A DNA stretch of 64,000 nucleotides from an uncultured delta proteobacterium (GCA_963816145.1 CAWFJP010000014.1:224001-288000); one strand, 5' to 3'; numbered from the stretch's first letter, positions 1 to 10,537 are shown. Translations and numbers: made by a program. The notes: generated from the letters alone by a model not told the origin.

Positions 1-377
1 TGTAAGGAGTGATCCATAGATTGAGGGCGTGCAAGCACAGCAGCAGCTGCAGCAGGTTGAAAATGACCGCGCCCTCTCTGCCCCAGAGCGCGACCAGCGG
101 CAATGACAGAATCGCCAGGACGATGTTGTGCTTCGGAACGAAATGGCCGTTGCGGTCCAACGCAATTTCGCCTGAATGTTGCTTCCGGTTGGCCGGGGAG
201 TTGATTGGCAAGATCGAAGTCATGATCCTGCAGTAACGAATCCGCGGTGAGGTAGTAGTACCAAGCATCGCCGCGCAAAGCCGGTTCCCCGTCGTAGCCG
301 GTACCGACGATGGCACCGTAAATGACCGCAAGAGCGAGTAAAACGGTCGCGGCGGGATTGAAGGAAAACCGGCGCAT
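1..377 (-). CDS. Membrane protein, possibly GT-C-fold glycosyltransferase-like; runs off the window start; apparent frameshift near 183
   Basis: Manual translation from ATG at 377 gives MRRFSFNPAATVLLALAVIYGAIV...DAWYYYLTADSLLQDHDFDLANQ. After a one-base shift it continues as hydrophobic ...HFVPKHNIVLAILSLPLVALWG...FNLLQLLLCLHALNLWITPY. Confidence 0.5.
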   Translation of the reverse strand, partial: MRRFSFNPAATVLLALAVIYGAIVGTGYDGEPALRGDAWYYYLTADSLLQDHDFDLANQLPGQPEATFRRNCVGPQRPFRSEAQHRPGDSVIAAGRALGQRGRGHFQPAAAAAVLARPQSMDHSL

Positions 378-544
378 GTTAAATGAATCTATTGAAAGGG
401 GCGCCGTGACGAGATTGTAACGTTTGCATCGATAATTTTTGCCCAGCGTCATTATGGTGGAAATGAACTTGGCAGGCAACCGAATGGCGTCTCAAGGTCC
501 AAGCGATCGGTCGCGACGGTTATGGGGGAAACAAAGGAGGCATC

Positions 545-832
545 ATGGTTTACGAGATGCGGTTTCAGACAGTGGAGCCGGCGAAACGGGCAGAGTACGT
601 CAAGATTTACCGCGACGCGGTGTTGGGTTGTAAATCGGCGGGCTCGACCGGCGGACATATCTTATGCAGCGACGACGATCCGTCGGCAGTGATTGTTATT
701 TTGCGCTGGGAAAGCAAAGAGCATCTGGCACGGTGGCGTGGCACCGAGTCGTACAAATCATTTCGCGCCGCGGTGGCGCCGCTTCAAACCAGTAAAAGCC
801 ACGGCGGGCTTTACATCGCCGAGACCATTTAG
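545..832 (+). CDS. Antibiotic biosynthesis monooxygenase (ABM)-like small protein
   Basis: 95 aa with AGGAGG RBS upstream; DDPSAVIVILRWESKEHLARW matches the ABM ferredoxin-like fold pattern. Confidence 0.7.
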   Translation: MVYEMRFQTVEPAKRAEYVKIYRDAVLGCKSAGSTGGHILCSDDDPSAVIVILRWESKEHLARWRGTESYKSFRAAVAPLQTSKSHGGLYIAETI

Positions 833-1218
833 TTCTCGTACGCCGGTGGTTTGCAGCGTCGCCGGTTTCGATTGACTCGCAAACGGCGTTTCGGTTACTC
901 TTCTGACGCTTTCCATGTTTCGACCATCATCTTTATCTAGGGATCGCTGGTGGACGAGAGGGGCATCGATGGTCCCACCGCCGGCTGGAAAGGGAACGGT
1001 CCGTGGGCTAGCACCGGAACACGGAAACCGTTTCATACGGAAAGCAGCAACGGCATGTGGCTTAAGGACGTGACGTTCCATTGCGCCCCGATCCATTGGC
1101 GAAGTGATCTGCTGCGAGGTAAGAAAATTCACAAGGAGTTAAGTTGGGTTGTCGGATGCAAGGACGGAATTATTCGGCGGTTCAACGGGGATTCAAGCTT
1201 GAACAGAGGAGAGTTGGT

Positions 1219-3384
1219 ATGAGAGCAAGAAGATTATCGAGTTTTGGATTGCTGGCCCTTGGTCTTGCAGCGCTACTGTGGGCCTATCCGGTGCAGTTGA
1301 GCAGCCAGCAGTCTGTCACCGTGCAGATCGACAATGATGACGTCGGCGGCGTGGTGAGCAGCGCCAAGGGGCCGGAAGCGGGCGTCTGGGTGATCGCGGA
1401 AACCAACGATCTGCCGACCCGGTTCGCTAGAATGGTAGTGACCGACGACGGCGGGCGTTATCTGTTGCCGGATTTGCCCAAGGCCACCTATAACATTTGG
1501 GTGCGCGGCTATGGCTTGGTCGATTCGCCGAAGATCAAGTCGGCGCCGGGTAAGATTCTCAATCTGAAGGCAGTGCTAGCGCCTAATGAAACTGCCGCGG
1601 CGAAGTATTATCCGGCGATTATTGGTACTCGATGATGAAGATTCCGGATAAAAGCCAGTTTGGCGGCAAGGGCAACATTCCGGAAAAAATCACGCAGACC
1701 GAATGGTTGAACTCGATGAAGAGCAACGGCTGCATTGGCTGCCACCAGTTGGGACAGTTGTCGACGCGCACGTTCCCGAACAATGTGCCCTTATCCGATG
1801 GGGAAGTTCAGCAACTCCGTCGAAGCTTGGTTTCGCCGCATTCAGTCGGGACAATCCGGCGAGTCGATGTTCAATACACTGGTCACGCAGATGGGCGCGG
1901 CGCCGATGGAGTATTTCGCCGACTGGACCGACCGCATCGCCAAGGGCGAACTGCCCCACACCAAGCCGCAACGGCCGCAGGGCGTGGAGCGCAATATCGT
2001 GGTGACGACCTGGGATTGGTCCAATGAAAAAAAATACTTGCATGACTTGATCGCTTCAGACCGGCGGTACCCAACCGTCAATGCCTACGGCCCGTTGTAC
2101 GGTTCCGCCGAGTACAGCACCGACATGGTGCCGGTGCTCAATCCGAAAACCCATTCGACGACCAATCTGGTGTTGCCGGTGCGGGATACCAACACGCCCG
2201 AGGCGTTGGGACCCGGCCATGCGGCGAGCGCTACGCTCATGCAACCGTCGCCTTATTGGGGCAATGAGAAGCTTTGGGACACCAAGGCGAACAATCATAA
2301 CGCCATGTTCGACCGCAAAGGACGAGTATGGTTCGCGGCGGCGGTGCGCGGCGCCGACAACCCAAGTTATTGCAAGAAGGGCTCGGATCATCCCTCCGCC
2401 AAGGTGTTTCCCATTGAACGCACCAACCGACATGTGACGATGCTCGATCCCAAGACCGGACAGTACACATTCTTTGATACCTGTTTTCAGACGCATCATT
2501 TGCAGTTCGGTTACGACGCCAACGAGACGCTGTGGACCAGCGGCGGCGGCTCGGTGGTGGGTTGGATCAATACCAAGTTATGGGAAGAAACCGGCGATTA
2601 TGTGAAGGCGCAAGGCTGGACGCCACTGATTCTCGATACCAACGGCAACGGCAAACGCGATGAATATGTCGAGCCCAATCAGCCGGTGGATCCCAAAAAA
2701 GACAAACGCATCGTCGCCGGCTTCTACGCCGTCATGCCGAGTCCAGTGGATGGCTCGATCTGGGGAACCTTCCGCAGCAATCCCGGCGCGGTGGTGCGGC
2801 TCATTCCCGGCAGCAATCCCAATGAGACCGCGCTAGCGGAAATCTACAACGTGCCGCTGCCCGGTTTCGGACCGCGCGGCGGCGACATCGATTCACAGGG
2901 TGTCGTCTGGGTCTCGCTAGCGAGCGGCCACTTAGGCAGCTTCGACCGGCGCAAATGCAAAGGTCCGCTTAACGGCCCGAAGGCCACCGGCGATCACTGT
3001 CCCGAGGGCTGGTCGTTCTATCAATATCCCGGCCCCGGCTTCAAAGGTCTGGGCGAGAATAGCGCTGAGTCGAGCTATTACACCTGGGTCGACCAGCACA
3101 ATACTTTCGGCCTCGGCGATGATGTGCCGATGTCCACAGGTAATTTGAACGACGGGTTGATCGCCTACAAAGACGGCAAGATGATTAACTTGCGCGTGCC
3201 CTATCCGATAGGTTTTTACGCCAAAGGATTCGATGGCCGTATCGATGATCCCAAAGCCGGTTGGAAGGGACGCGGACTGTGGAGCGCAACTGGCGACCGT
3301 GTGCCGTGGTTCAAAGAGACCGGCAGAGGCGCCAAGCCGATGGCCGTGCATTTCCAATTGCGGCCCGATCCGCTGGCGAAGTAA
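1219..3384 (+). CDS. Secreted protein with carboxypeptidase-regulatory-like N-domain, CxxCH heme motif and Vgb/beta-propeller-like C-region; split by two frameshifts (~1620, ~1790)
   Basis: Three track ORFs (1144-1635, 1632-2027, 1735-3384) join into one protein: signal peptide, GPEAGVWVIAET...YLLPDLP...VRGYG, YYPAI(Y)WYSMMKIP, CIGCHQLG, then a long Trp/Gly-rich propeller-like region. Confidence 0.75.
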
Positions 3385-3428
3385 CCATTCGGCATTCCAT
3401 CGCCGCGAATTAGAGCGCGGTCAGTTGA

Positions 3429-3469
3429 GCGGCGGAGTCTTTACACTGTGAAGGCTCCGTCGCATTTTT
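3429..3469 (+). terminator. Rho-independent terminator
   Basis: GCGGCGGAGTCTTTAC...TGAAGGCTCCGTCGC stem followed by ATTTTT, just after the stop at 3384. Confidence 0.65.
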
Positions 3470-3588
3470 GGGGACGTTTTCCATCGCTACGTTTTTCCCG
3501 ATGCTTTTTGTGAGCAGCGAAAAGCTTTTGCAAATCGACCACCACCTGCCGTAAGAATTGGCAGGATTCCCAGAAAGGGGCTTGGCTC

Positions 3589-5304
3589 ATGGCTAAGATT
3601 ACACTCAATAACGTTACCGTTTCCGACGCTTACCTGGCGTTGCTCGCCGACCGCGGCGTCGACTACTGGTTCGCCAACGCCGGCACTGACTTCGCGCCGG
3701 TGGTCGAATCGCTGGCCAAGGCGCAGGTGTTGGAAACCCGAGTGCCGACGGCGATCACCTGTCCCCATGAGAATACCGCCATGCACATGGCGATCGGCTA
3801 TTTTCTGGTCACCGGAAAGCCGCAGGCGGTGATGGTGCATGTCAATGTCGGCACCGCCAACGGCATGAATGGCTTGCTCAACGCCGCCCGCGGCCATGTG
3901 CCGATGCTGTTTACCGCCGGGCGCACGCCGACCAACGAAGATGGCTTGGACGGCCATCGTAGTCTTGATATTCACTGGACCCAGGAGATGTTCGACCAGG
4001 CCGGCATGTTGCGCGAATCGGTGAAATGGGATTACGAACTGCGCAATGGCGAGCAACTGGAAACCGTGGTCGACCGGGCGCTGAGCATCGCCAAGAGCGA
4101 GCCGATGGGGCCGGTCTATCTGTCGCTGCCGCGCGAGGTGCTGGCGCATAAGATGGGCGAGTTCACCTACACGACGCCGTCGCGCCAACATGCCGCTGCG
4201 CCGACCTCTCCCAATGGCGCTGCAGTCGAAGAAGTCGCGGCGCTGTTGGCCGCGGCCGAACATCCGTTGATCATCACCAACTGCGCCGGGCGGGACCCTA
4301 AGTCGTGGTCGGCGCTCAGCGAGTTCGCCGAGCGTTACGCGATTCCGGTGGTCCAGTACCGCAACCGCTACATGTCGATTGCGAGCAGTCATCCGATGAA
4401 TTTGGGTTATGAGTTAAAGCCGTTGCTCCAGAGGGCGGATGTTATCCTGGCCATCGATATCGCCGTGCCTTGGTTGCCGGCGACCGACAAAGTGCGCGAT
4501 GACGCGAAAGTCATTCACATGGCTCCCGATCCGCTGCACGGTTACGTGCCGGTGCGCGGCCACCCCTGCGACATCGCGCTTGCCTGCGGCACCGCCGAGG
4601 GATTGCAGGTATTGAACGAATCCATGGCCGAGCATGAAGCGCGGGCGAAACTGCGCATCGATAAACGCCGGGCGGAGTTGGCGGTGAGCTGGCGCGCGCT
4701 GCGCGACGGCTGGAGTAAGAAGCTTGCCGAAGTCAAAGGTCAGTCGCCGATCCATCCCGCCTGGATCACCCACTGTATCGATCAAATCAAATCCAAAGAC
4801 ACCATCGTCATCAAAGAGTCGCCGCTATCGCCGGAGTATATCGACTTCTCTCAGCCGGCGACCATGTTTAACGCCGGCGCCGCTTCCGGGCTCGGCCATG
4901 GCTTGGGCTGCGCGCTCGGCGCCAAGCTCGCCGCCCGCGACCGATTGGTGATTGGCACCCATGGCGACGGTTCGTATATGTTCGGCAATCCGATTTCGGC
5001 GCACTATGTCGGTGCCGAGCAGGATTTACCGGTATTGACCGTGCTGTTCAACAACCAGCGCTGGCAGGCGGTGCGTCGCGCCACCGTCGACATGACCAAG
5101 GACGGCTACGCTGCAAAGAGTCAAAAGCAGCCGATTACCTTCTTGGACAGCATTTCGAATTACCAAAAAGCGGTGGAAGTCGCCGACGGTTACGGCGAAA
5201 AAGTCACCGAGGCGAGCGACGTGATACCGGCGCTCGAGCGCGGCCTCAAAGCGGTCAACGTCGAAAAACGCCAGGCTGTGATCAATATCATTTGTTCGGC
5301 GTAA
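3589..5304 (+). CDS. Thiamine pyrophosphate-requiring enzyme (acetolactate synthase/decarboxylase-like family)
   Basis: 571 aa; FANAGTDF, PHENTA catalytic Glu, GDGSY...FNN ThDP-binding motif. Confidence 0.9.
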   Translation: MAKITLNNVTVSDAYLALLADRGVDYWFANAGTDFAPVVESLAKAQVLETRVPTAITCPHENTAMHMAIGYFLVTGKPQAVMVHVNVGTANGMNGLLNAARGHVPMLFTAGRTPTNEDGLDGHRSLDIHWTQEMFDQAGMLRESVKWDYELRNGEQLETVVDRALSIAKSEPMGPVYLSLPREVLAHKMGEFTYTTPSRQHAAAPTSPNGAAVEEVAALLAAAEHPLIITNCAGRDPKSWSALSEFAERYAIPVVQYRNRYMSIASSHPMNLGYELKPLLQRADVILAIDIAVPWLPATDKVRDDAKVIHMAPDPLHGYVPVRGHPCDIALACGTAEGLQVLNESMAEHEARAKLRIDKRRAELAVSWRALRDGWSKKLAEVKGQSPIHPAWITHCIDQIKSKDTIVIKESPLSPEYIDFSQPATMFNAGAASGLGHGLGCALGAKLAARDRLVIGTHGDGSYMFGNPISAHYVGAEQDLPVLTVLFNNQRWQAVRRATVDMTKDGYAAKSQKQPITFLDSISNYQKAVEVADGYGEKVTEASDVIPALERGLKAVNVEKRQAVINIICSA

Positions 5305-5363
5305 GCGCTGAAAAGAAGAATGGCCGCAAAGAGCGCAAAGAGCGCAAAAAAAGCCGGAAGATT

Positions 5364-5501
5364 TCCCGCAAAGGCGCTAAGGCGCAAAGGTGACGGATCA
5401 ATGCCCGTCATCCCGAGTGAATGCGAGGGATCTAACTAGATTTCTCCCTGCGGTCGAAATGACAAAAATTCCGGACTTGGCGTCTTTGCGCCTTTGCGGG
5501 A
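5364..5501. repeat. Nested intergenic palindrome: CGCAAAGGCGC-type outer arms enclosing a GTCAT...ATGAC-type inner hairpin
   Basis: TCCCGCAAAGGCGCTAAGGCGCAAAG (5364-5389) pairs with CTTGGCGTCTTTGCGCCTTTGCGGGA (5476-5501); inner GTCATCCCGAG...GGGATCT..AGATTTCTCCC...GAAATGAC at 5407-5463. Confidence 0.8.
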
Positions 5502-5578
5502 GGCATATCCGAATCCAATTGGACCGGACTTGGCGCGAGAAAAAACTTTCGATTCACAGATAAGATTTCGGTTGGACA

Positions 5579-6100
5579 ATGCTAGTGAACCGCCGCAACT
5601 TGCGCATCGAGTGGGGACAGTGCGATCCCGCCGGCATAGTTTTTTATCCCCAGTATCTGATTATCTTCGACACGAGCACGGCCTGGCTCTTCGAGCGCAC
5701 CGGCTTGACGCCTCTAGCGTTGCGCAAGAAATACCGCATCGTCGGCATGCCGGTGGTCGAGGTTGGCGCGCGCTTTGTCATGCCCTGCCGCTTCGACGAC
5801 GACATCGTCGTCGAAAGCGAGGTGAGCGAGTGGGGGCGCTCGAGCTTCACGGTGCGCCACCGGATTCTCAAGGCAGGTGAGCTCGCCGTAGACGGTTTTG
5901 AGAAGCGCGTCTGGGTCGCGCCCCATCCCGAGCGCGCCGGAGACATCAAAGCTCAAGCCGTGCCGGCGGAAATCATCGCCAGCCTTTCCGATCCTACCGG
6001 AGCGACGACGCTCGCAGTTCGACGGCGGCACATAGCTGGCGCAAGTCTCGACCCTGGACAAAACCAAGAGGCTGCGATAGCAAGGGGCCAATTCGAATGA
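5579..6100 (+). CDS. Acyl-CoA thioesterase, 4-hydroxybenzoyl-CoA thioesterase (hotdog) family
   Basis: IEWGQCDPAGIVFYPQY motif. Confidence 0.85.
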   Translation: MLVNRRNLRIEWGQCDPAGIVFYPQYLIIFDTSTAWLFERTGLTPLALRKKYRIVGMPVVEVGARFVMPCRFDDDIVVESEVSEWGRSSFTVRHRILKAGELAVDGFEKRVWVAPHPERAGDIKAQAVPAEIIASLSDPTGATTLAVRRRHIAGASLDPGQNQEAAIARGQFE

Positions 6101-6166
6101 CGATGCCACTCCGAGTCGACTGACGTTAACTACTCTAGACGATCGGGCCAGGGAAAGGAGTCGGTC

Positions 6167-7219
6167 ATGAATCAGCGTATTCTTGGGTTACCATCAATTC
6201 TCGGTTTGGTAAGTTTATTTCTCGCCTTTGCGCCGGATCTCCGGGCGCAATCCGAACCGTTCTACAAGGGTAAAACGATCCGCATCGTGGTCGGCTCGAC
6301 GGCTGGTGGGTTTTATGACCGATGGGCTCGCCTTCTTTCCAGACATATGGTCAAGCATATTCCGGGACAGCCGGAAATGGTCGTTCAGATCATGGCGGGT
6401 GCCGGCTCGGTGATCGCCGCCAACCACGTGTACAAAGTGGCCAAGCCCGACGGTCTCACCCTTGGTATGCCTCTCAACGGTATCTATGTCGACCAGTTCG
6501 TCGGTCGCGCCGAAGCGCAATATGATTTGCGCAAATTCCATTTCATCGGTTCTCCGGCGGTCGAATCGAACATCTTTTACATGCGTGCCGATGCGCCGTA
6601 CAAATCCATCGCGGATGTAATCAAGGCTAAGGAGCCGCCCAAGTGCGGCAGCACGGGGACAGCCAGCACCGATTATATTCTTTCGAAGATTCTCGAAGAC
6701 ACCGTTGGCGCGAAGTTCAACAGCGTGTTGGGATACGCCGGCGGCAGTGAGATCGATATCGCGGTGGAGAAGGGCGAAGTGGTTTGCCGCGCCCATAGTC
6801 TCTCCGCGCATTTTGGCCGCGAGCCCTTCGACTCGTGGCACAAAAAGAATTTTGACCGCCACCTCGTCCAGACCGCGCGCAAGCGGGATTCAAACGCAGC
6901 GGATGCGCCGACGCTTAACGAGATTTTCGAGCAGTATAAAGTCCCGGCGAACAGCCGCCGTGTGTCGCAAATTCTACTGGCCTCGGGAGATTTTGGCCGT
7001 CCGATTATGGTGACGCCGGGGACTCCAGCGGAACGAGTGAAAATTTTGCGAGAGGCATTTCTCAAGACCATGAGCGATCCCGAAGCGTTGGCGGAAGCGA
7101 AAAAAGGCCGAATGGATGTCGAGGTGACTTCCGGAGAAGAGCTTGAATCGCTGGTCAAAGAAATCTTCGATTCTCCGCCGGACGTCGTCGAGCGCGCCAA
7201 GAAAATGCTGGCACAGTAA
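6167..7219 (+). CDS. Tripartite tricarboxylate transporter substrate-binding protein (TctC/Bug family)
   Basis: Signal peptide; FYKGKTIRIVVGSTAGGFYD, AKPDGLTL, GYAGGSEIDIAVEKGEV, PGTPAERVKILREAF. Confidence 0.9.
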   Translation: MNQRILGLPSILGLVSLFLAFAPDLRAQSEPFYKGKTIRIVVGSTAGGFYDRWARLLSRHMVKHIPGQPEMVVQIMAGAGSVIAANHVYKVAKPDGLTLGMPLNGIYVDQFVGRAEAQYDLRKFHFIGSPAVESNIFYMRADAPYKSIADVIKAKEPPKCGSTGTASTDYILSKILEDTVGAKFNSVLGYAGGSEIDIAVEKGEVVCRAHSLSAHFGREPFDSWHKKNFDRHLVQTARKRDSNAADAPTLNEIFEQYKVPANSRRVSQILLASGDFGRPIMVTPGTPAERVKILREAFLKTMSDPEALAEAKKGRMDVEVTSGEELESLVKEIFDSPPDVVERAKKMLAQ

Positions 7220-7278
7220 TTTGGGGTCTTCAGGCGTTTCTTGAATCAGAGCTCGGAAATTGTACCGCGGAGGCGCAG

Positions 7279-9143
7279 GGCGTGAGAAAAAATCTCCAGC
7301 GGCTCATGTTCGTAGTATATATAGGAGCATAGTGAAGTTCAGAGCAAGAGCCGAGGTTTTATAATCAGAGTCGCACAGGAACCGAAGCGGAGGAGGAGAG
7401 GGAAGAGTGGGGATAGAACAGGAAAGGTTACCCGGATGTGAATCGGCGGTTGGAAGTGAAGCGCAAGCCAAGCAGAGGTCGGCGGCCAGGATGGGCAAGC
7501 CGCGTTACGAAGTGATCGACCGCGAGCAGCTGTGTTGGCGGCAGATCGATGTCGAGCGGCTGATCGGGGCCGACCATCCAGCCCGGGCGGTGTGGGAGTT
7601 TATCGGGCGTCTTGATTTAAGCGCATACCAGCAAGAGGCACGAGCGGTAGAAGGCCAAGCGGGACGGCCGGGATGGGAGCCGCGGTTACTGATCAGCCTG
7701 TGGGTGTATGGGTACAGCAAAGGAGTCGGATCAGCGCGAGCGATCGAAGAGTTATGTGAATGGGAGCCAGCCTACCAGTGGCTGACGGGATCAAGAGTGG
7801 TCAATGCCCATACGCTATCGGACTTTCGGGTCAAGCACGACAAGGCGCTCAATGGGCTGTTTGTGCAGGCCTTGGGGCTACTGAGTACCGATGGATTGAT
7901 CACGCTGGAACGAGTGATGCAGGACGGGACCAAGATCAGAGCCAAGGCAGCAGCGGATAGTTTTCGTCGCCAAGAGCGAGTCGAAAAAGCGCTCAACGAA
8001 GCCAAGGAGCAAGTGGCCGCGCTCCAAGCGCAGAGCGAAGAGGAAACCAGCCGGCGCATGGCCAAGGCACGCCAGCGAGCGGCCCGCGAGCGCCAGGAGC
8101 GGCTAGAGCAAGCGCTCAAGGAATTTGAGCAACAGGAAAAACAAGACAAGGACAAAGAGCAAAGACGAGTGAGCACGAGCGATCCCCAAGCGCGAGTGAT
8201 GAAACAGCCTGGGAGTGGGTATGCGCCGAGCTACAATGTGCAGATTGACACCGATGCAAAGAACGGTGTGGTGGTGGCGGTGGGAGTGGTGCAAGCGGGC
8301 AATGACTTCGAGCAATTGGCGCCTGGGATTGACCGAGTGCTACAGAACCAAGGCGAGACTCCCAAAGAAGTGGTCACCGACGGCGGCTATGTCAGTAAAG
8401 AGACGATCGTGGCGATGAAGGAGCGCGAAATCGAGTACATCGCGCCGTGTGTCGATGAGGTGGGCAAGGGACAGAGTTCCTATGACAACCGCGGCGTGAG
8501 CGCCGAGTATCAAAGCTCCCAGTTTATCTACGATGCTCAGAGCAATAGTTATCGTTGTCCGCAGGGAAAGATCCTGAAGTATGAAGGCAAAGAAGAGCGC
8601 CACCTGCAGCTGAGCTACCGGTATCGAGCGCAGAGATCGGACTGCCAGGGATGTCCGATGAAGAGCCAGTGTTGTCCTGGGAATCGAGTGACGGGGCGGT
8701 CGGTGCATCGCAGCGAAGAGTTGGCCGAAGTGGCCGAGTTTCGTCAGAAGATGGAGACACAACGAGCGCGCGAGATCTACAAAACCAGAGCCCAGGTGGC
8801 CGAGACGCCCAATCTGTGGATCAAGGCGAAGTTTGGGCTACGCCAGTTCAGCGTGCGCGGGTTAGCCAAGGTGGGGATGGAAGCGCTCTGGGCGTGTCTC
8901 ACCTACAACATCCGAGTGTGGATGCGGCTATGCTGGAGAAAAGCAGTGGTGGTGCAGCCTGCGTAGAGAAAAGGGAGAAACACGTCGTGTAGAAGAGAAA
9001 ATCGGCCAGTTTTGAGCCGCTCAACAGCGGTTCAAAGTTTCGCATCCGAATAATTACGGCAAAGATGAGTTTTTTCCAAAAAAGAAAAAACGCCGAGGCG
9101 TAGGATCAATCCAGATTACGATAAATCAATTTTTTCTCATGAC
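7279..9143 (+). mobile_element. Complete IS1182-family insertion sequence (1865 bp)
   Basis: Terminal IRs GGCGTGAGAAAAAAT (7279-7293) and ATTTTTTCTCATGAC (9129-9143), 13/15 match; direct repeat CGCAG on both flanks (7274-7278, 9144-9148); single transposase inside. Confidence 0.9.
7407..8966 (+). CDS. IS1182-family DDE transposase (start could be 7491)
   Basis: LIGADHPAR, GRPGWEPRLLISLWVYGYS, DGTKIRA, YNVQ, DGGY, C-terminal Cys cluster (YRCPQG...CQGCP..SQC), FSVRGLAKV. Confidence 0.93.
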   Translation: MGIEQERLPGCESAVGSEAQAKQRSAARMGKPRYEVIDREQLCWRQIDVERLIGADHPARAVWEFIGRLDLSAYQQEARAVEGQAGRPGWEPRLLISLWVYGYSKGVGSARAIEELCEWEPAYQWLTGSRVVNAHTLSDFRVKHDKALNGLFVQALGLLSTDGLITLERVMQDGTKIRAKAAADSFRRQERVEKALNEAKEQVAALQAQSEEETSRRMAKARQRAARERQERLEQALKEFEQQEKQDKDKEQRRVSTSDPQARVMKQPGSGYAPSYNVQIDTDAKNGVVVAVGVVQAGNDFEQLAPGIDRVLQNQGETPKEVVTDGGYVSKETIVAMKEREIEYIAPCVDEVGKGQSSYDNRGVSAEYQSSQFIYDAQSNSYRCPQGKILKYEGKEERHLQLSYRYRAQRSDCQGCPMKSQCCPGNRVTGRSVHRSEELAEVAEFRQKMETQRAREIYKTRAQVAETPNLWIKAKFGLRQFSVRGLAKVGMEALWACLTYNIRVWMRLCWRKAVVVQPA

Positions 9144-9210
9144 CGCAGAGGACGCGGAGTAAAATATACTTGATAAGGAATTACTCCAAACTCTGCGAAC
9201 TCTGTGCCTC

Positions 9211-9405
9211 CTTCGAAAATAAATCTGCAGGTAGGATCCAGGCGACGATTTGGCACGAAGGTTTCGTCATACCGGCGAAAGCCGGTATCCATCCCCTCCC
9301 TTCCTTGGATGCCGGCCTCCGCCGGCATGACGGTTCGATGAAACAACCTGTGGGGGGGGTGCCGTGCAATTTCATACTCTGTAGACGAGCGTAAGCTCAT
9401 GAACA
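9211..9405. mobile_element. 195-bp MITE-like insert containing a GTCAT...ATGAC palindrome (9265-9332)
   Basis: Flanked by CTC direct repeats (9208-9210, 9406-9408); removing it restores the repeat arm CTCTGTGCCTCTGTGGT. Confidence 0.6.
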
Positions 9406-9445
9406 CTCTGTGGTAAACATCTCTTTGCAAGAAACCCGGAAGAAT

Positions 9446-10489
9446 CTACAAACTAAACAGCCGCTTGGCGTTTTTGTAAAGGATTTTCTCTTTCACGGCT
9501 TCGGACAGCACCGCATGGTTGCGCAGATGTTCCAAGTTGCCGGGAAACTCGCTGTCCCAGTGTGGAATGTCCGACGCCCAGACAAAATGGTCGGCGCCGA
9601 CATAGTCGATAGTCGCGGGCAATTGCGACTCGCCAGGCTCGATGCTGAAATATACCTCCGACTTGCGCACTAATGCGCTGGGCTTTTCTTTGAGCAGCGG
9701 CATTTCGACCTCGGCGCGTTTCTCCCAGTGCTCGTCGAGCCGGTCTAAGTAATAGGGCAACCAAGTGGCGCCGATTTCCAGGAAAGCGAAGCGCAGTTTG
9801 GGAAAACGCACCGGTACGCCTTGGCAGATCATGCTGGTGAACTGGAGCAAGATGCCCGCGGTAAACGCGTAGGCGTGCACTTCGGCAAACGTGTTGAGTC
9901 CCTCGGCGCCAAGCTCGCGCGACCAGCTGCGTGTGCCGTGGATGCCGAGCACCGCGCCGCATCGTTCGGCGGCCGCATAGACGGGATCATAGAATGGATC
10001 GCCGAGCGCCAAGGGCAAACCGACCGGCAGAATTTCGAAGGCGGTAATGCCCAATTCCTTCACCGCGCGCTCCAACTCCTCCGCCGCCGCCTGCGGCGAG
10101 CGCAGCGGCAGCACGCCGACGCATTTGATCCGCTTGGAGTGGGCATTGTAGTCGGCGGCGAAATGATCGTTGCAGGCGCGCGCCACGGCGATTTGAAAAT
10201 GGAGCTCTTGAAGGCGGACTACGCTTCCCGAGCCGGTGGGAAAACAGACCGCGGTCTCGATCCCATGCTCGTCGAGAATGTCGTGCCATTTACCGACCTG
10301 TTCGCGCGCCGACAGCTTGCTCCAAGTCATTTCGGTGACAAAGCGGCCGAACATGTAGTTATCCCAAGGCTGGTCGCCCGGCCGCAGGGGCGTCGTGCGT
10401 AGATTCCACGGCGCCTTCAAGTGTTTGCGGATTTCACTTTCCTTCTCGATGACATGACCGTCGGCATCGATGGCGGTTATTTTGCTCAT
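9446..10489 (-). CDS. Amidohydrolase_2 family protein (ACMSD/aromatic decarboxylase-hydratase-like)
   Basis: IDADGH metal motif, DPFYDPVYAAAE...IH, FLEIG, WASDIPHWD, ILYKNAKRLF. Confidence 0.9.
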   Translation of the reverse strand: MSKITAIDADGHVIEKESEIRKHLKAPWNLRTTPLRPGDQPWDNYMFGRFVTEMTWSKLSAREQVGKWHDILDEHGIETAVCFPTGSGSVVRLQELHFQIAVARACNDHFAADYNAHSKRIKCVGVLPLRSPQAAAEELERAVKELGITAFEILPVGLPLALGDPFYDPVYAAAERCGAVLGIHGTRSWSRELGAEGLNTFAEVHAYAFTAGILLQFTSMICQGVPVRFPKLRFAFLEIGATWLPYYLDRLDEHWEKRAEVEMPLLKEKPSALVRKSEVYFSIEPGESQLPATIDYVGADHFVWASDIPHWDSEFPGNLEHLRNHAVLSEAVKEKILYKNAKRLFSL

Positions 10490-10537
10490 GGTTTACTCCT
10501 CCATAACTAGATTGTCGTGGTTGATGAGAATGCGATC

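Noticed and set aside
1610-1800. Programmed ribosomal frameshifting in the CxxCH protein gene
   Set aside because: No slippery heptamer or stimulatory structure is evident; two opposite indels fit sequencing error better.
3487-4392. Long antisense ORFs (e.g. 3487-4392, 17620-18552, 30589-31440, 32860-33675, 54350-55111)
   Set aside because: Shadow frames of well-supported genes in GC-rich DNA.
9137-9430. ORFs over palindromic repeats (also 22691-22945, 23763-24168, 26292-26646, 10517-10816)
   Set aside because: Translations such as VIPAKAGI and TKTRR are products of the repeats, not protein families.
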